Positions 24,391-38,200 of a stretch of DNA of 64,000 nucleotides are shown here, in pieces. The translations under genes and the position numbers were made by a program. Positions within the stretch are counted from its first letter, which is position 1, and the number at the start of each line of letters is the position of its first letter. Source of the stretch: Glycera tridactyla (taxonomy: Eukaryota); NCBI GenBank assembly GCA_965644265.1, contig OZ286462.1, forward strand, positions 48,422,001-48,486,000, given 5' to 3'. Under the pieces are notes generated by a model. That model saw only the letters and a program-made list of their open reading frames with translations, was not told the origin of the DNA and did no database searches.

Positions 24391-27300
24391 GTCTTGTCCA
24401 TCCCAGGTCCTGTACCTACATATGGACAATTTTCTCACCTTCAGTTAAAATTTTCATTAAGTGTGGCTTTCACCATATCTGGATTCTTAGGTTCATAATC
24501 CATTACCATCCAATCAATGAGGTATTGTTCAATAATTTGATTCCGCCAATTGCAATTAAAAAAGTTTGACAACATTATCATTTGAAATCATGTAGTGCTA
24601 GGGTAAAAATGTTGGGGTGTGAGGTACTCCATGGGTAGGACCTTATCAATGCAATATTTTCATTTTCATGCATTTGTTATTTATGTGATTTCCAGTTATT
24701 GTTTTTAATTGTACTTGAATGATTTTATGTACATGTACTTATGTTATTTCTATAGACAGTATCAGTGATGTTGTGCAATATGCCAAAACAGGGTTTTCAA
24801 TGCATCCTTTCATTTTTTCTGCAGTCAGACTAGAATTGAAACTTGTTAAAATCAGCCTCTGTTCTGGAAGACTGAGCAGTCAGTCTCTTGTCACAAGTTG
24901 GTATTACAAATGGATCTGTGGACAGCTTGGTTATGGAAAATGGCAACCATCCTGTGTCTATGAGCCATCTCACTGAAATGAACTGTCAGCTACTTCCACT
25001 TGACAACCTTTCAGGTTCCCCATCATCTTGTGTTATGGGTTTGTGTGTAATGCCTGCAGGGGACAGATCAGGCTTGTCAATGACCAGGAGCACACTGCAT
25101 GCACAATCATTTGGGTTCATACATGCCTTGAAACATCAAACAATCAATCTCACTGTAAGGAAGGTATCACCATTTAAGATACATGTAGTTTTGCTACAAA
25201 AAAGACAAGACAAAACTGAGCACCTACCGGTAATTGAACAGTAAAATCCAACTTGTCTACAAAGGTAGCACAAGTTGGACTTTGTGGATGACTGACCTTT
25301 GTGGAGAGGCTGTTTTCTGTATGAAATATTGTTGTCATTGGCCATGATGGTCTCTATAGGCAGGTAGCCTTTGTTCAGAGGTGGTCTCGACCAGCTTTGA
25401 TTATATGTTCATACTTTACAGAAACATACAATTGGTTGGTACTTAGTTATAGGTTGAACTGCTCTCGCTGGAGAATCTATCCATCCAAATCCACCAACTA
25501 TCCAGGGAATGCCAAGAAGTTTTAGTGCGGTAATAATCAGAATTTGTGGACATTTAGTGATATGGTGCTACAAAGAGTAAAATCAGTAGTTAGGAACCTT
25601 GATGGCTACTCAAGTTAGTCATGCATTTGGTATCATCATTTTGAAATTAACCTGAAATGTTGATTGGTGAGTGTGTGCCTACAGTCAATTAGCCTTTTCT
25701 GGCTGGTAGCTTTCCAAATCCCACACCCAGTGCTTGAATATTGTTGTATATATTCTCCACCTATCATGGCAGAAATCATGGGTGTAATCAATATGAATTT
25801 CATAACATTATATTGAGGCCAATTGACACATAACCATCATTATAAAATTCATCATTTCAGCTACTTCCACTTCTCAACCTTTCTGGTTCCCAAACATATT
25901 ATGTGAAGGAGTTGTGAGAGTGATGCCTGCAGGGGACAGAGCATGCAGCTTTCATAGATCAAGAACACACAGTATACACTATCCTCTGGGTTGATACATG
26001 CCGTTACACCTGTATATCACCTCAACGTGTGCACAAACTCAGTGGTGACGTGAATGGACTGATCTATGCTATGCACTGCGTTCAACATTTCGTCTTGATG
26101 GAATCTCCCATTTCTTTCGAAATCTTTTTAGTTCAATAATGAATATGAATCATACTTCAGGGATAAGGTATTACTACCAAAGACTGAGTACATGGGGAGA
26201 AACAGGTTTGGTTTGCTTGCGGTTTAATGGCATGTACCAACCCAGAGGATTATGTATGCCATGTGTTCCTGGTCAGTCAAAACTAGATGTTCTCTCCCCT
26301 GCATACATCACTTTCACAAACCCTGACCACAAGATGAGGAACCTGAAAGGTTGTGAGGTGGAAATAGAGGAGAAACGGGCATCACAATAAACTTTGAACA
26401 GACTGTAGGCCAGCAAATATTTCCTTGTAAACAAATCCATTTTTATTTCATGGGTAGATCATGTGCTAGTGCCAAAACTGAGTCCCTGTGGTGTTCTTGT
26501 AGTTACTGAGATCAAGTGAAACTCGACTAGTCTTATTTGTGCATTTTGTCCATGCTGTATGAAGAGTGGGTATTGACAGTTGTTATTGTTCAAATTCTGA
26601 CTAAGAGCCTTCTGTTTATGAGCAAAGTTGTTTGATGGAAATGAATAAACAAATACTTTAAGTATCACCAAATCTCATGTTCTCATTTTGTTCGTCAACT
26701 TTTGTGTTGATCATGCTCAAATCTTCAATATAATCCCCAAGAGTACATGAGGGCGAGTCATGTACAAATGGTTGGTTGGGTCTTGATTCAACATCATGTC
26801 AGCTCCATTTGTGCTATATTGTGATGCCCATGCAATGGGCATAGGCAGAAGATGAAAATTTATGAAATACAGACACTCAAGATGTGATCAGACTGAGGTT
26901 GAACAGAATTGTTTACATTGGTGAGCAGAGCTCCTTCATGGATGGGTGCCCAAAATGGACAATTTACCATTCAGAATTCTGCACCAGTACCATTACACAG
27001 ATGTAGAAGTTCTGCACTCTCAAAATGGGGGCTCTCCTGTGTGGAGATATCTGACTGGACTCTCTGAGATTGCACATATTCTCTATTGAGTGGACCACTT
27101 TCATGGGATTTTGTGGAGGAATGCCCCCTTTCCTAAGATTTTAGGGGATATATGCATCCAATTTGGGAGATCTTGAATGCAACCTTGAGTTATGTGGAGG
27201 TCAGGAATCAATGCCACCTCTTAATTTCATGGAAACATTGTTCTTCTTGTTTTGACAAACATGAGGAAACATGATAGTGAGGTGAACATAGGGACCTAAT

Positions 27301-28600
27301 TACAGAGATCTCATGAATTTGATATAGCAGGGTTGAGGAAGAAGCCTTTCATGCAAAACCATCAACATTTGTTGACTCCGGAAATTGTTGGAAATCCATG
27401 AAGATGCATTCAAAATGCCTGAACTGGTTGCCATGGCAGTTGCTGCTGCATCTTGGGTAGCATCAGTGGTGAGCAATCCGAATCCTTCAAGAGATCAAAG
27501 AGTGTCAAACAACAACCACCAAATAGGAATGCACTGAAGCTACAATAAATGTTTCTTCTGGACTACTGAACAGAGTGAACAATCACACCATGATGTAATC
27601 AAGAGAATTTTATTCATGATCAATATGTTTGGGACATGCATAGCTAATCCTAAAGATATAGCAATTATATAAAGTGTATAAAAATAATATTCTTCAAATA
27701 TCTATCATATGTTTAATGAGAGAATGTAAGGTAATACTGTTATGAATTGCGCACCGTCTTGAACTTCCAAGCGGTCACTATGTCTGATTGGCAGAAATTC
27801 ACAAAAATCACAAGAGGTCTGTACAGCTACAATCAATGGTGAACAATATACACAAAAATATAATTCATCTGAATATTCTTCACGTTGCATAAATTCATAC
27901 AGGTATCACCATAATGCCTCTAGGATGTCATTCAGAACATGTACTGACCTTATAAATGCACTATAATTTTCCTGAGAACACATAACTGGAAGACAGTTCA
28001 AATGAAGTATTCCTCCACCCGCTCCCATCCCAACTAACAAATGGTTTCAAAATGTATTACTGTGGAGAACGCATCAAACAAAATGAAGATAAATACTGAT
28101 GGAACAGTATCTTAATCATTAAGCACATGTGGTGGACATATTCCTTGGAATGGTCACATTCCGGAGTAACAATATTATGATATACAACAAGGTGTATCAA
28201 AGTTCTTGGTTTTGTACCTATAAAACAAGGGCGTCTCAATGAACATTTTCCTCCGTTCTGGGTAAAGTTGTCACCAGTTGGTATGATTATGGCTAAATCT
28301 CTGCTCCTAAATCAGAATAGACTTCATAAGAATTTAGATTTGCATAGTGATGAAGTATTGTTCCATACGTGTTTTACATCTCCCAGGATGTGATTGTTCT
28401 GTGGATTTCTGAATTTCTGTCTACCCCGCTAGATTCGCCTGTACTAAGCATAGAATTGCTTGAAGTACAGTCTTAACCCTTCGTCCAGCCTTGCTATTTC
28501 TTGACTGAATAGGTCACATTCATCATTTGCCATTATCAAAGTTCAGGAAGGCACTCTGATTTGAGCAGATATCACATAGGTGGAACCATCATCTTGGAGG

Positions 28601-31600
28601 TTACTTTGCCATGGCCATAAGGTCTGGTACGCCGTCTATCTTGAAGTCCAGCAACCGCTGACCAGCAGCTTTGCCCTGAAACATATAACGTGAGTAGATT
28701 TTTACAAAAGTCCAGGTGAAGTTCAGCTGTCTCAAAAATGTCAAAAAATTAAACATGTAAAATCCAACAAATGGCAGTAACTCAAAAGCTGCAGGGTCAA
28801 ACAGATATGCCTATGCACACCTACCCCTTATGGGTAGTCCACATACCAGAAATGGGCAGTGTGGCATCAACACATTGGACACAGCACATGCCGCAAAAAT
28901 TGTTTACGGACAGACAGACAGACAGACGGATAGACGGCCAGACTGAATCAAGTATGCCCCCCCCCCCCCACCTTGAGTTCAGGGGGCATAATAATAATAA
29001 TGGTTGTTCATGGAAGCATTGCTAAATATTATGTCGGAAATATAAATTGTGAACATACCTGTGGGTCAGGTCTCAGTGAAGCCACACCACCTCCACCAAG
29101 TGCTTCTTTGAATACAAAATTAAACCCATGGATTCCTGGAACTTCATACCTGGAATGGCAAAAATAGGAAAGACAATCAGTGCCCACGGTAAGACATGAC
29201 GTCTGGTTTGGCTAAAAAATAGAACAGGACCCACATGTCCCAACTTATACAAAGTTATCTGAAAATTTCCTGAATTCAGGCAATTTGTCACAAAATTCAA
29301 AAATTTCTAGAATCAGGCTGGTAGTCTCAAATCTGGTGCTTTTGGATGTATAGAGGGGTAGTTTCAGGAAATTTGGTCAGGTTTCAGGAAATTCAGGATA
29401 GGTTTGACTCTATACTCAACCTGATACTTCCTCAATGAAGAGGTGTCAATATCATGTACTTTAATTACGAAAAAAGTAAGAGAATGAAAATAATAGGATA
29501 ATTCTCATTTCAAATGTGTTCGTCGAATTGCACAGATATTTCGATAATAGCGTGGCGGTCGGCGCAGTCATATTCAAATCACGCCAATGTTGGTTTTTTT
29601 CACGTAAATCCCACAATGGCCCGGCCTAGATGCAGCTCTGGACAGCTGTGGCAAGAGACCACCAAAAATGTAAGCAGAATTACAAATACAAATGTATGTG
29701 GTCTCCCATCAAAGGTATACAGTTGATTCTACTCAAGGCCACCTGCCAATATACTGTGAACAACCTCTCTACGATGGTCATCTGCCTGGAGAGACCACTT
29801 ATCAAGGCTTTTGTGGATGTTCAACTGTATTCACTATGTCAAATAGAAAAGGAGCTTCCAGAAAGGGGTTTTTTGTCAGGTGGTCTCATCAGGGGTTACT
29901 CCTAACAGATTTCGCTATCATTTTGATTATTGAAAACGAATATATAGATATATCGCATAAATCTGCTTTCTGTCATTGATATATACCTCTTTAATTTATT
30001 CTCAAGTGGAGTATCTTTGCTTTCCCAAACATCTGCAAAAAAGGCTGCAACAGCATCTGGAGTGAGAGCCTGGCATAGGTAAGGCACATAGGACGGATGT
30101 CGAGCAATCACACCTGGAAGCCAANNNNNNNNNNNNNNNNNNNNNNNNNNNNNNNNNNNNNNNNNNNNNNNNNNNNNNNNNNNNNNNNNNNNNNNNNNNN
30201 NNNNNNNNNNNNNNNNNNNNNNNNNNNNNNNNNNNNNNNNNNNNNNNNNNNNNNNNNNNNNNNNNNNNNNNNNNNNNNNNNNNNNNNNNNNNNNNNNNNN
30301 NNNNNNNNNNNNNNNNNNNNNNNNNNNNNNNNNNNNNNNNNNNNNNNNNNNNNNNNNNNNNNNNNNNNNNNNNNNNNNNNNNNNNNNNNNNNNNNNNNNN
30401 NNNNNNNNTGTGTGTGTAACTGTGATGTCATAGAAGTGCAATATTAATTGAATGGATGTAAAATTTCCGATCATTTCTTTCATCAAACCAAGTGACTCAA
30501 TAGTATTACATACTTCTGTTGCATAGTTAAACTACAAGTGGCTGCTTGTTATTGATACTGAAACACAAAACTAACCCAGCATCCATTGAAGAAATTTGTC
30601 TGCTTAGGGTAACTTCTCAAATCTGTGTTTTATGAGCTGTCAATGAGGCATACACTTCAAATTTGTCTGGTCAGGATACCTTCTCAAATGTTTGTTATAA
30701 GATGTCAATGAAAGGGAGTCATTTTCAGTCATATCAGAAGAAACCCCACATTGCTTAGCAAAATGAACATGTGGCTATAACCACAAAGATGCAGTGAATC
30801 ATGGGATAAATGGTGGGATGAGTGGCAGATAAACTGATGGGGGGGTAATGAAATGCACAATACTATAACTGGTTTTAGGTGACCTCCTTGTTATATAGTC
30901 AACCCTCATCACTAATGAATCTCACCAATATTGAAGCTGTTCCCTTTATCTCCACTGCGAGTATAAGCAAGATCTTGCAGTCTGTAACTGTGACTGCCAG
31001 AGCTGGTTGCCATGGCAGTTGCATCCGGTGCAGCATCAGTGGTGATGGATGCAGGATCAGTAGTTGGAATGTCTGCCACCTGGTAATCCTCCGCATGCTC
31101 CCCATTCATTGAAATTTTTATCTGTATAAAGGAAAGAAAATAGTTGTAGATATGGAATGCAACAAAACCTAAGGAATACCTTTAATATGCAAAAACTTGC
31201 TGTAAGCATGAGGTTTGAAGATTCTTTTACCACTGTCCAATTCTACTTAACATCCCCAGTTCAATTCTTTTTTCCACAGCCAAATATGAAATATTGAGAG
31301 ACTAAAACAGCCATTCCCAATAAATATTCTTGTCAAACCCAATCACACCAAGGAATCCTAGTAAATCCCAGAAGATGGTCATGCAGTTCTGATGTCCCAG
31401 TAAACAGTGATGTCCATGGTTCAGATGGAAAAATAATATTCAGAAACAAAAACTCAAATCTCACCTTCAATTCATCTTTAGGATACAGGAATGAGAAAAG
31501 CTTCAGTACTGGAGATCTAAAAACAGATATATACTAACAAATAACAAAACCCCCTACATACAAAATCATCAAATTCCTAGGACAACCATGTATGGTTCTT

Positions 31601-34600
31601 TAAAATTTGGATTAGTATATCTATGTCCTAGATTCCTTACAGATATTCTCGGTTTGAGAAAATTGCCAATTTTACAAGTTTTGTGTAATGGTGAATGGCA
31701 TGACGGTGCTTCGATTAGACTTTCATTCAGACATCCTTAATTTAAGGAGTCTTAATTTGATTTCTGATATCATGTTATCCTGCCATTAGATATCTTGGTG
31801 TGTCAAGAGTGGTATGTCATACTCAATGGGTCACATTATATTGAATACTTTAAAAATACACATAAGGTGTAGATATATCATAACTAATGCTGTTCATAGG
31901 CCATACCAAATGGTTCTTTGCGCCATTAGACAATGATGCATATGTACATCATCAATTTTATTATCATTTGTATAGAGTGAAAGTCGCAAACACGAAGTGA
32001 TTCTTTTGAACACTTTTCACCGTTTCCATGCAATTATACCTGCATGGATCGAACACCAATCATGAGAAACCATTTTTTTCATTACTCAGGGTTCATCCTT
32101 GTCACAATATTCATAAGTGCGCTACTCACACTTTTGGTCGACCACCCATTAAACCAGTGAGTCCTGGAGCTGGAAAAGTATAAGTCATCATTAAAACTGT
32201 GCTACACTCAAGAAGAGTCCATATATGACCATCGACACAAGTCAATATATACTCCTGATCCATTCATTCAGAAATACTGATTGAAAAATTCACATCTTAA
32301 TATTGGCGATTTCATCAACTCACCACTACTCATTGAAGTAGCTGAGAAATGGTGAAGGGCTTACACATTAGGAGTAGTACTTCGATTGTGTGTGGGTTGT
32401 GATGCCAGATTACTGAAATATGCTGTAACTATCATGAAATGTTACTATGAAAATGAGTGACATCTATCTTCATTATGTGCGTAGATGTATACAGGTGGGT
32501 CTGAAAGAGACCACCTCTATACACAGCCACCTGCCTACAAAGGCCACCTCCATGGATGAACAAAATATCATTTTGAACAGTAAATAACCTCTCCACAGAG
32601 GCCACTACATTACAAAGACCATGTTTTGATGTGAACAAGTGTGGTCTTTGTAGGTAGAACTAGCTTTATCAAGACATGATCATGACAATACAGTAAAACC
32701 TGCAATGAGAAAGCACCTTGAATGTCAACAAAAAGCAGTCTCTCATCACAGGTGGTCTATCGTCAGATACAGTCTCTTGTCAAGGGCTCACAGCTTCCAC
32801 ACAAAATTGATAGCACTTGGAAAAGAAACGGCCCCTGCTTATTAAGACAATGTCATCATGATCATTATTCACCATTGAGGAGGCAGAAAGTAAATCAGCC
32901 AGCCCACAGGTAGGAGGGCACTTCTAAGTTGAAAAGGTTACTCGCATCAATCTGAGTTCAAACATTGGCTTGAGATAAGGTGATTTCAGCATACTCACCC
33001 ATCCCGGTTCCTGCTGGCGCAATCTCCCTTGCAAAAAATTCAAGCGCTTTTTTCTGAGAATGTTGAACAGCAAGCCAAAGTACACTATCCCGGTCATTCT
33101 GATGAAATGAAACATGGAAAATCCGAAGGTCAAATTCCAAAATCATGATATATTTTCCAAATCATTAGGTCTACACTCTACCCTTTTCAACCATAGTTAA
33201 GAAATGTGGGGTGTATGGGAAGACTGGATCGATGCCTATGCCTGGTGATAGACCATGGTGATCAAGTGGAGAACATATACAAGTAACATGAAGAGAATTT
33301 CCATCTGCCCCTTGCCCCTTGTTTTTGGATTACAATAGCTGAAGAATGAAATACAGTAAAACCTGTCTTGGGAGACCGCCCCAAACGCCAACAAAAAGTG
33401 GTCTCTCAAAACAGGTGGTCTCTCATTGGAGGTATATTTGACTATGTCAAATAGAGAAGAGCCGATGAAGAGCGGTCTCCCATTTAAAGTAATGATACAG
33501 AAGAGAGGCTGTGAACATGAATATTGCAGATGTTAGAATCGTAGTGGTGAATGAGATTGAGATTGAGATTGAGAGACATTTATTTAAAAATACCACGGAA
33601 CATTACATCAGTATGTTAGTACAGATGATTAGTAGCGTCCGTGGTACAAGGATTCAGGTGTACTCACGGCATGACAAGAGAAATACGCAGGTGTCAAATG
33701 ACACATACGAATAAAATTTTCTGGTGAATAATACACAAATTACAGACCAATATACCATGTAATAACATCAATATTGAGTTAAAAATGAGATTTGAGATTC
33801 CCTAGTCACGCAGGGTTTACATGACTGCAAATTCTGGCTTCTCAGAGAACAGTTGATTCATATATCTCTATATATATATAACTGTTATTCGATTTCACAG
33901 AGTTATCATAGACATCAATCAATACACCAACTATTTCCTTTCAGTAATCCAGTCAATCACATGTCTTGAGAAAACACCTGGTGATAATGATGCTTTCTGT
34001 CTGATTTCAGTAGGTGTGCATATCCATGCCTTAGGACCTGCAAAAGCAAATGCTTTCTGCCCATATGAAGTCCTGGTCAGTGGTATATTGCAGATTCCAG
34101 ATATTCCAGATAGGACTCAGTAGCTCCTCTAGTGCCATGTTTGTGAATGTCCCTGGTAGGCTCTATCAGATTAGCCAAATATTCTGGACATCTACCATTT
34201 AGGCAGCTTTGCACTCTGGAGATTAAGTGAAGTTCCCTCCTTTCGTTTAAACGCAGGAGATTTAATCGGGAGTGCATCTCATCTGTGCTTGACCATCTGT
34301 TGGTAAGCAAAATAATTCTCCATGCTTTGTTCTGCAGGACTTGTAGCGAGTAGGCATCTCCAGCACTTATGCTGGAGTATACTGTATCACAGTAATCCAA
34401 CAGTGGGATAGATAGGCTGTTATATAGTTGGAGAGCAGCTGACATAGAGATGAAAGATCGTGATCTAGATAGCATATAGAGTCTCTGACTTGTTTTTGAT
34501 ATGAGTTTATCTACATGACATGAAAAGGTCAGGCTGGGGTCGAGGACCACGCCCAAGTATTTAAAGTCAGAAATTTGCTCGATAATAAGTCCTTCCATTT

Positions 34601-35162
34601 CAAGTTTTAGGGGACTTTGTTGTGATAATAAAGGTCTGCTGCCAAACAACATGCACTTTGTTTTGCGTACATTTAGGAACAGCTTATTGGTTACCAGCCA
34701 TCTTTCTATGTCATCCAGATCCTGTTGGACTTTATGTGCGATTTCAGACAGATTTTTACCTGATAAATACAGGGCAGTATCATCTGCATATAAAGAGCAT
34801 TTGGCATACTTAAGCACAAGATGATGTCAGAGTTATCAGAAGATACATCAAATATTCACTTCAGGAATTTCTTGCAATCACTTACCTCGCCACTGCCACC
34901 TATTGGCTGAATCAGCACTTTTTTATAGTCTTCGAACCCTAGTTGTTTGAATATACCACGTGTTCTGAAATCCAGGAAAAATAATATGAGTGAGCGTCTA
35001 GAAAATGCACGGTATTTGTGTCTGGTAAGTTCACTGATACTCACAGGTAGCTAGTTAGACGAGAAGCTTTCGAGATACATCCGCATCACATCATCAGCTT
35101 GTGGAAAATGCAATGTATGCTCTTGTTTGGTCACATGATTTCAAAGTTGGACCATATATGTT

Positions 35163-35239
<77 letters not shown>

Positions 35240-38200
35240 CGTGCGTGTGCGTGCATGCATGCATGCATTTGTTAGATTCAAATACTGTCTGCCAGCATAT
35301 TTCACACCTGCTGACAGTCTGGTGTCATCTTGGCAGAACACAATTTCTAATGGCACTGTAGTTGAAAAGCACTATTTCCATTACCTTTTGATAACTGCTT
35401 CAGCAGTTTTCTGACCCTTTTCAGCTGATCGTGGACCGCCAATAGGTGCAACAGCAGTGGCACGATAGCCATCAAGATAGGTGGCACACACCTAGACAAC
35501 AGGAAAGAATGGCAACTGGTGTTATGAAATGAAACAACAACCAAACAGTGAGCCACAATAAGAAGAAAACTTGTTGAGCAGCATGAAAATGTGTAGAATA
35601 AATAGACAAATCTTCACTTGTTCACTCTGTCACTGGTCTAAAGATGGTGTGAGCTGGTCAGCCAGTTCCTAAAAATGAATTCAGAAAGTCTGCCATCTAG
35701 TGCCAATTTCCTAAATTACTGTTTGAGTCATGTCACACCAAACATCACCACATGAAACTTAACAGACTCATGGCTGCCCAAATAATACCAATTCTCATCT
35801 GGTTCTTTTGAGAACCAGTTTAGATGGAACATGAGTCAAAGTCAATAATAACAAAACACTGATGTTTCATCAAACCATTCACACCTGTCTGTCCATCAGT
35901 TGGTTGGTTGGTCGGTCTTTCTGTAAAATTGGACTGCCCATTGATCAGTTGGTCTGTCTGCTGTTTGTCTGTCTGTCTGTCTGTTTGTCAGTCTAACTTA
36001 TAAGATCAACAGGCTGATAACAACATGAGATGGCAGAAAGTACTCTGTGAAAGTCATATTTTTTTCAATAAGAAGATCACAGCATAGATAGCCTTGACAG
36101 CAGTGCAGTGCATACCTTATATTGGTCAGTGGGAGGTTTTCCTTTAGCACCGGTCACACTGACAGCTTCTCCTTCTCGGCCTGTCAAAATTCACAGAACA
36201 AGACATGCTATGGGTCATATCTGATATCAGACTACAGTTAAACCTGCGATGAGAGACCGCCCCAAATGCCACCAAAAAGCGGTCTCTCAAAAGAGGTGGT
36301 CTCTCATCGGAGGTATATTTGACTATGTCAAATAGAAAAGCTACCCTGAAAAAGCAGTCTCCCAACAGAGGTGGTCTATTGTCGAGAGTAATGTTTCTAC
36401 ATTTGGTACTTATACTAAGTAATAAATCCTGCTTGCATTTCAGCTTATGAAATGAGCCCTGCATTGATATTAGCATGGCTGATCCACCTCAGCATATCCC
36501 TATTTCTCTCACTGTAGAATTTAGCCACCACTCTTTTTGAGGCACATGCCCACAAACTCAATTGATATGGATGATACCTTGTCTGGAATTTCTTTGAAGA
36601 ATGCACAAATGAACTAGGAGTACCATTTGATATAAGACCAGAGGGAAGATCAATCAAACTTTTGGTAATCAATAATTTCATTCTCTTGAGTACCCATAAA
36701 TTGATATATGGTGGCTGGGATGTGGTTAAGCTGGGCTGTGTGGTAGTCTGAATAAGTCACTTACCTGCAATGGCTTGAATGTTAACATTGGAGAAGTCAC
36801 AGTTCACATCAGCTAAGACGTAGTTCCGGGGGTCCCCGATCTCATAGACCAGCTGCTCAGCCACCGTCGCAAATGAAACTAAGCCACCAGTCTTTGGTGG
36901 CTTCGTCAAGATAAAGTTACCATCTGAAGAACACTCAACTATTGGAAATCCTATGTTATGCCTGTTTGGAAGAAGAACAAACAATGATCTTTTATTTAAG
37001 TAATGCCTTCTGAATTTTCTCATACTGGGTCATGAATGATATTCACAGATCATCTAGGGATTTACTTATAAGAGGGTGTTCATAAAAGTCAAATATTACC
37101 CACAGACATGCTCCAGTGTCAGAGCGATAGAAGTTGAGTAGGTGAATCGCCACACACTGGCACTATCATTGCATGGTTTAATATCGCCTATAGTAAAACC
37201 TCTGATAGGAATCATCTGATGCATCCTCCATTATCAATATTTTGTGAGTGGGTAGGTTTGAAAGATAGATGTTAACTTACCAGTCTGGGACGGTATGCCA
37301 GTCAGTGAAGATCCCACCAGTAGCTTGGGCACCACACTCAATCAGATGCCCTGCGAGGCTGAAAGCATACATGCCATGGAAATACATGATGCTAGCTTAT
37401 TTTTAGTTTGCATGGATCTCATCTGTAAGCCTACTTAGGTTCAAGACTGCTAATTGGCAATCACACAGTCATTTTTGCACAGGGCTCTACATTGCTACCT
37501 GTGGGTAGCCAATGGCTACCAAATTTACCCCTGGCTACCATATTTTGAAAGGTCAGAGCCAACCACCGCTAAAATTTTGAGAGGTTGTAATTGGCAATTT
37601 ATTGACTGGCTACCAAAATTTGGAACTGGCTACCAAAAATTTCAACTCAGGAGTCAGCAGCTGGCTCCTAGATATTTTGGTCAATGTAGAGCCCTGTTTG
37701 CAGTATGGATTTGGCTGAGCAGAATCATTTCTCTTGGACGTTTGGAATGCTGGTGTCATCTTTCAGTTGAATTTCACAAATTCATTTCTTGGAGAATGAC
37801 CTAGACAAAAACCTAAGGTGTTTCAAAAAACGGCTTTCTTTGAATTACATGCTCTCCAATTTTTTGGGCATGCACTTTGTCCTAAAAAATCATGATTGTG
37901 AAGTTTCGGGCGATTTCGCGAAGTTTTGGTCCCCCCCTCCCACGACGTTTTTGTTTACGTTCCCCAACAACGTCCCAGCTCTATATGAAAAAAGTCAATT
38001 TGGAGTAGAGACTCGGGAGTAGGCTCATATTGAAGATCAGGCAGAGTAGAACAAACTTTATGAAAGAAACCATGTGCTAAAATCATTCCTTCACTGTCTA
38101 AATGACCTGAACGATGTGAAAAGATCATTTTTTCGGCTCTGGCAAGTAGGAGCATTCTCTTGATACATGACCCTTGATTTTCACATTGATGTACATATTT

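Noticed and set aside
26800-27300. Possible decayed LINE endonuclease on + (LGDLECN resembling GDFNA)
   Set aside because: A single weak motif with multiple stops; not supportable by eye.
29902-30486. ORFs reading through N runs (also 61072-61371, 62066-62411)
   Set aside because: Gap artefacts; only the embedded AtuA exon 17 (30113-29987) is real.
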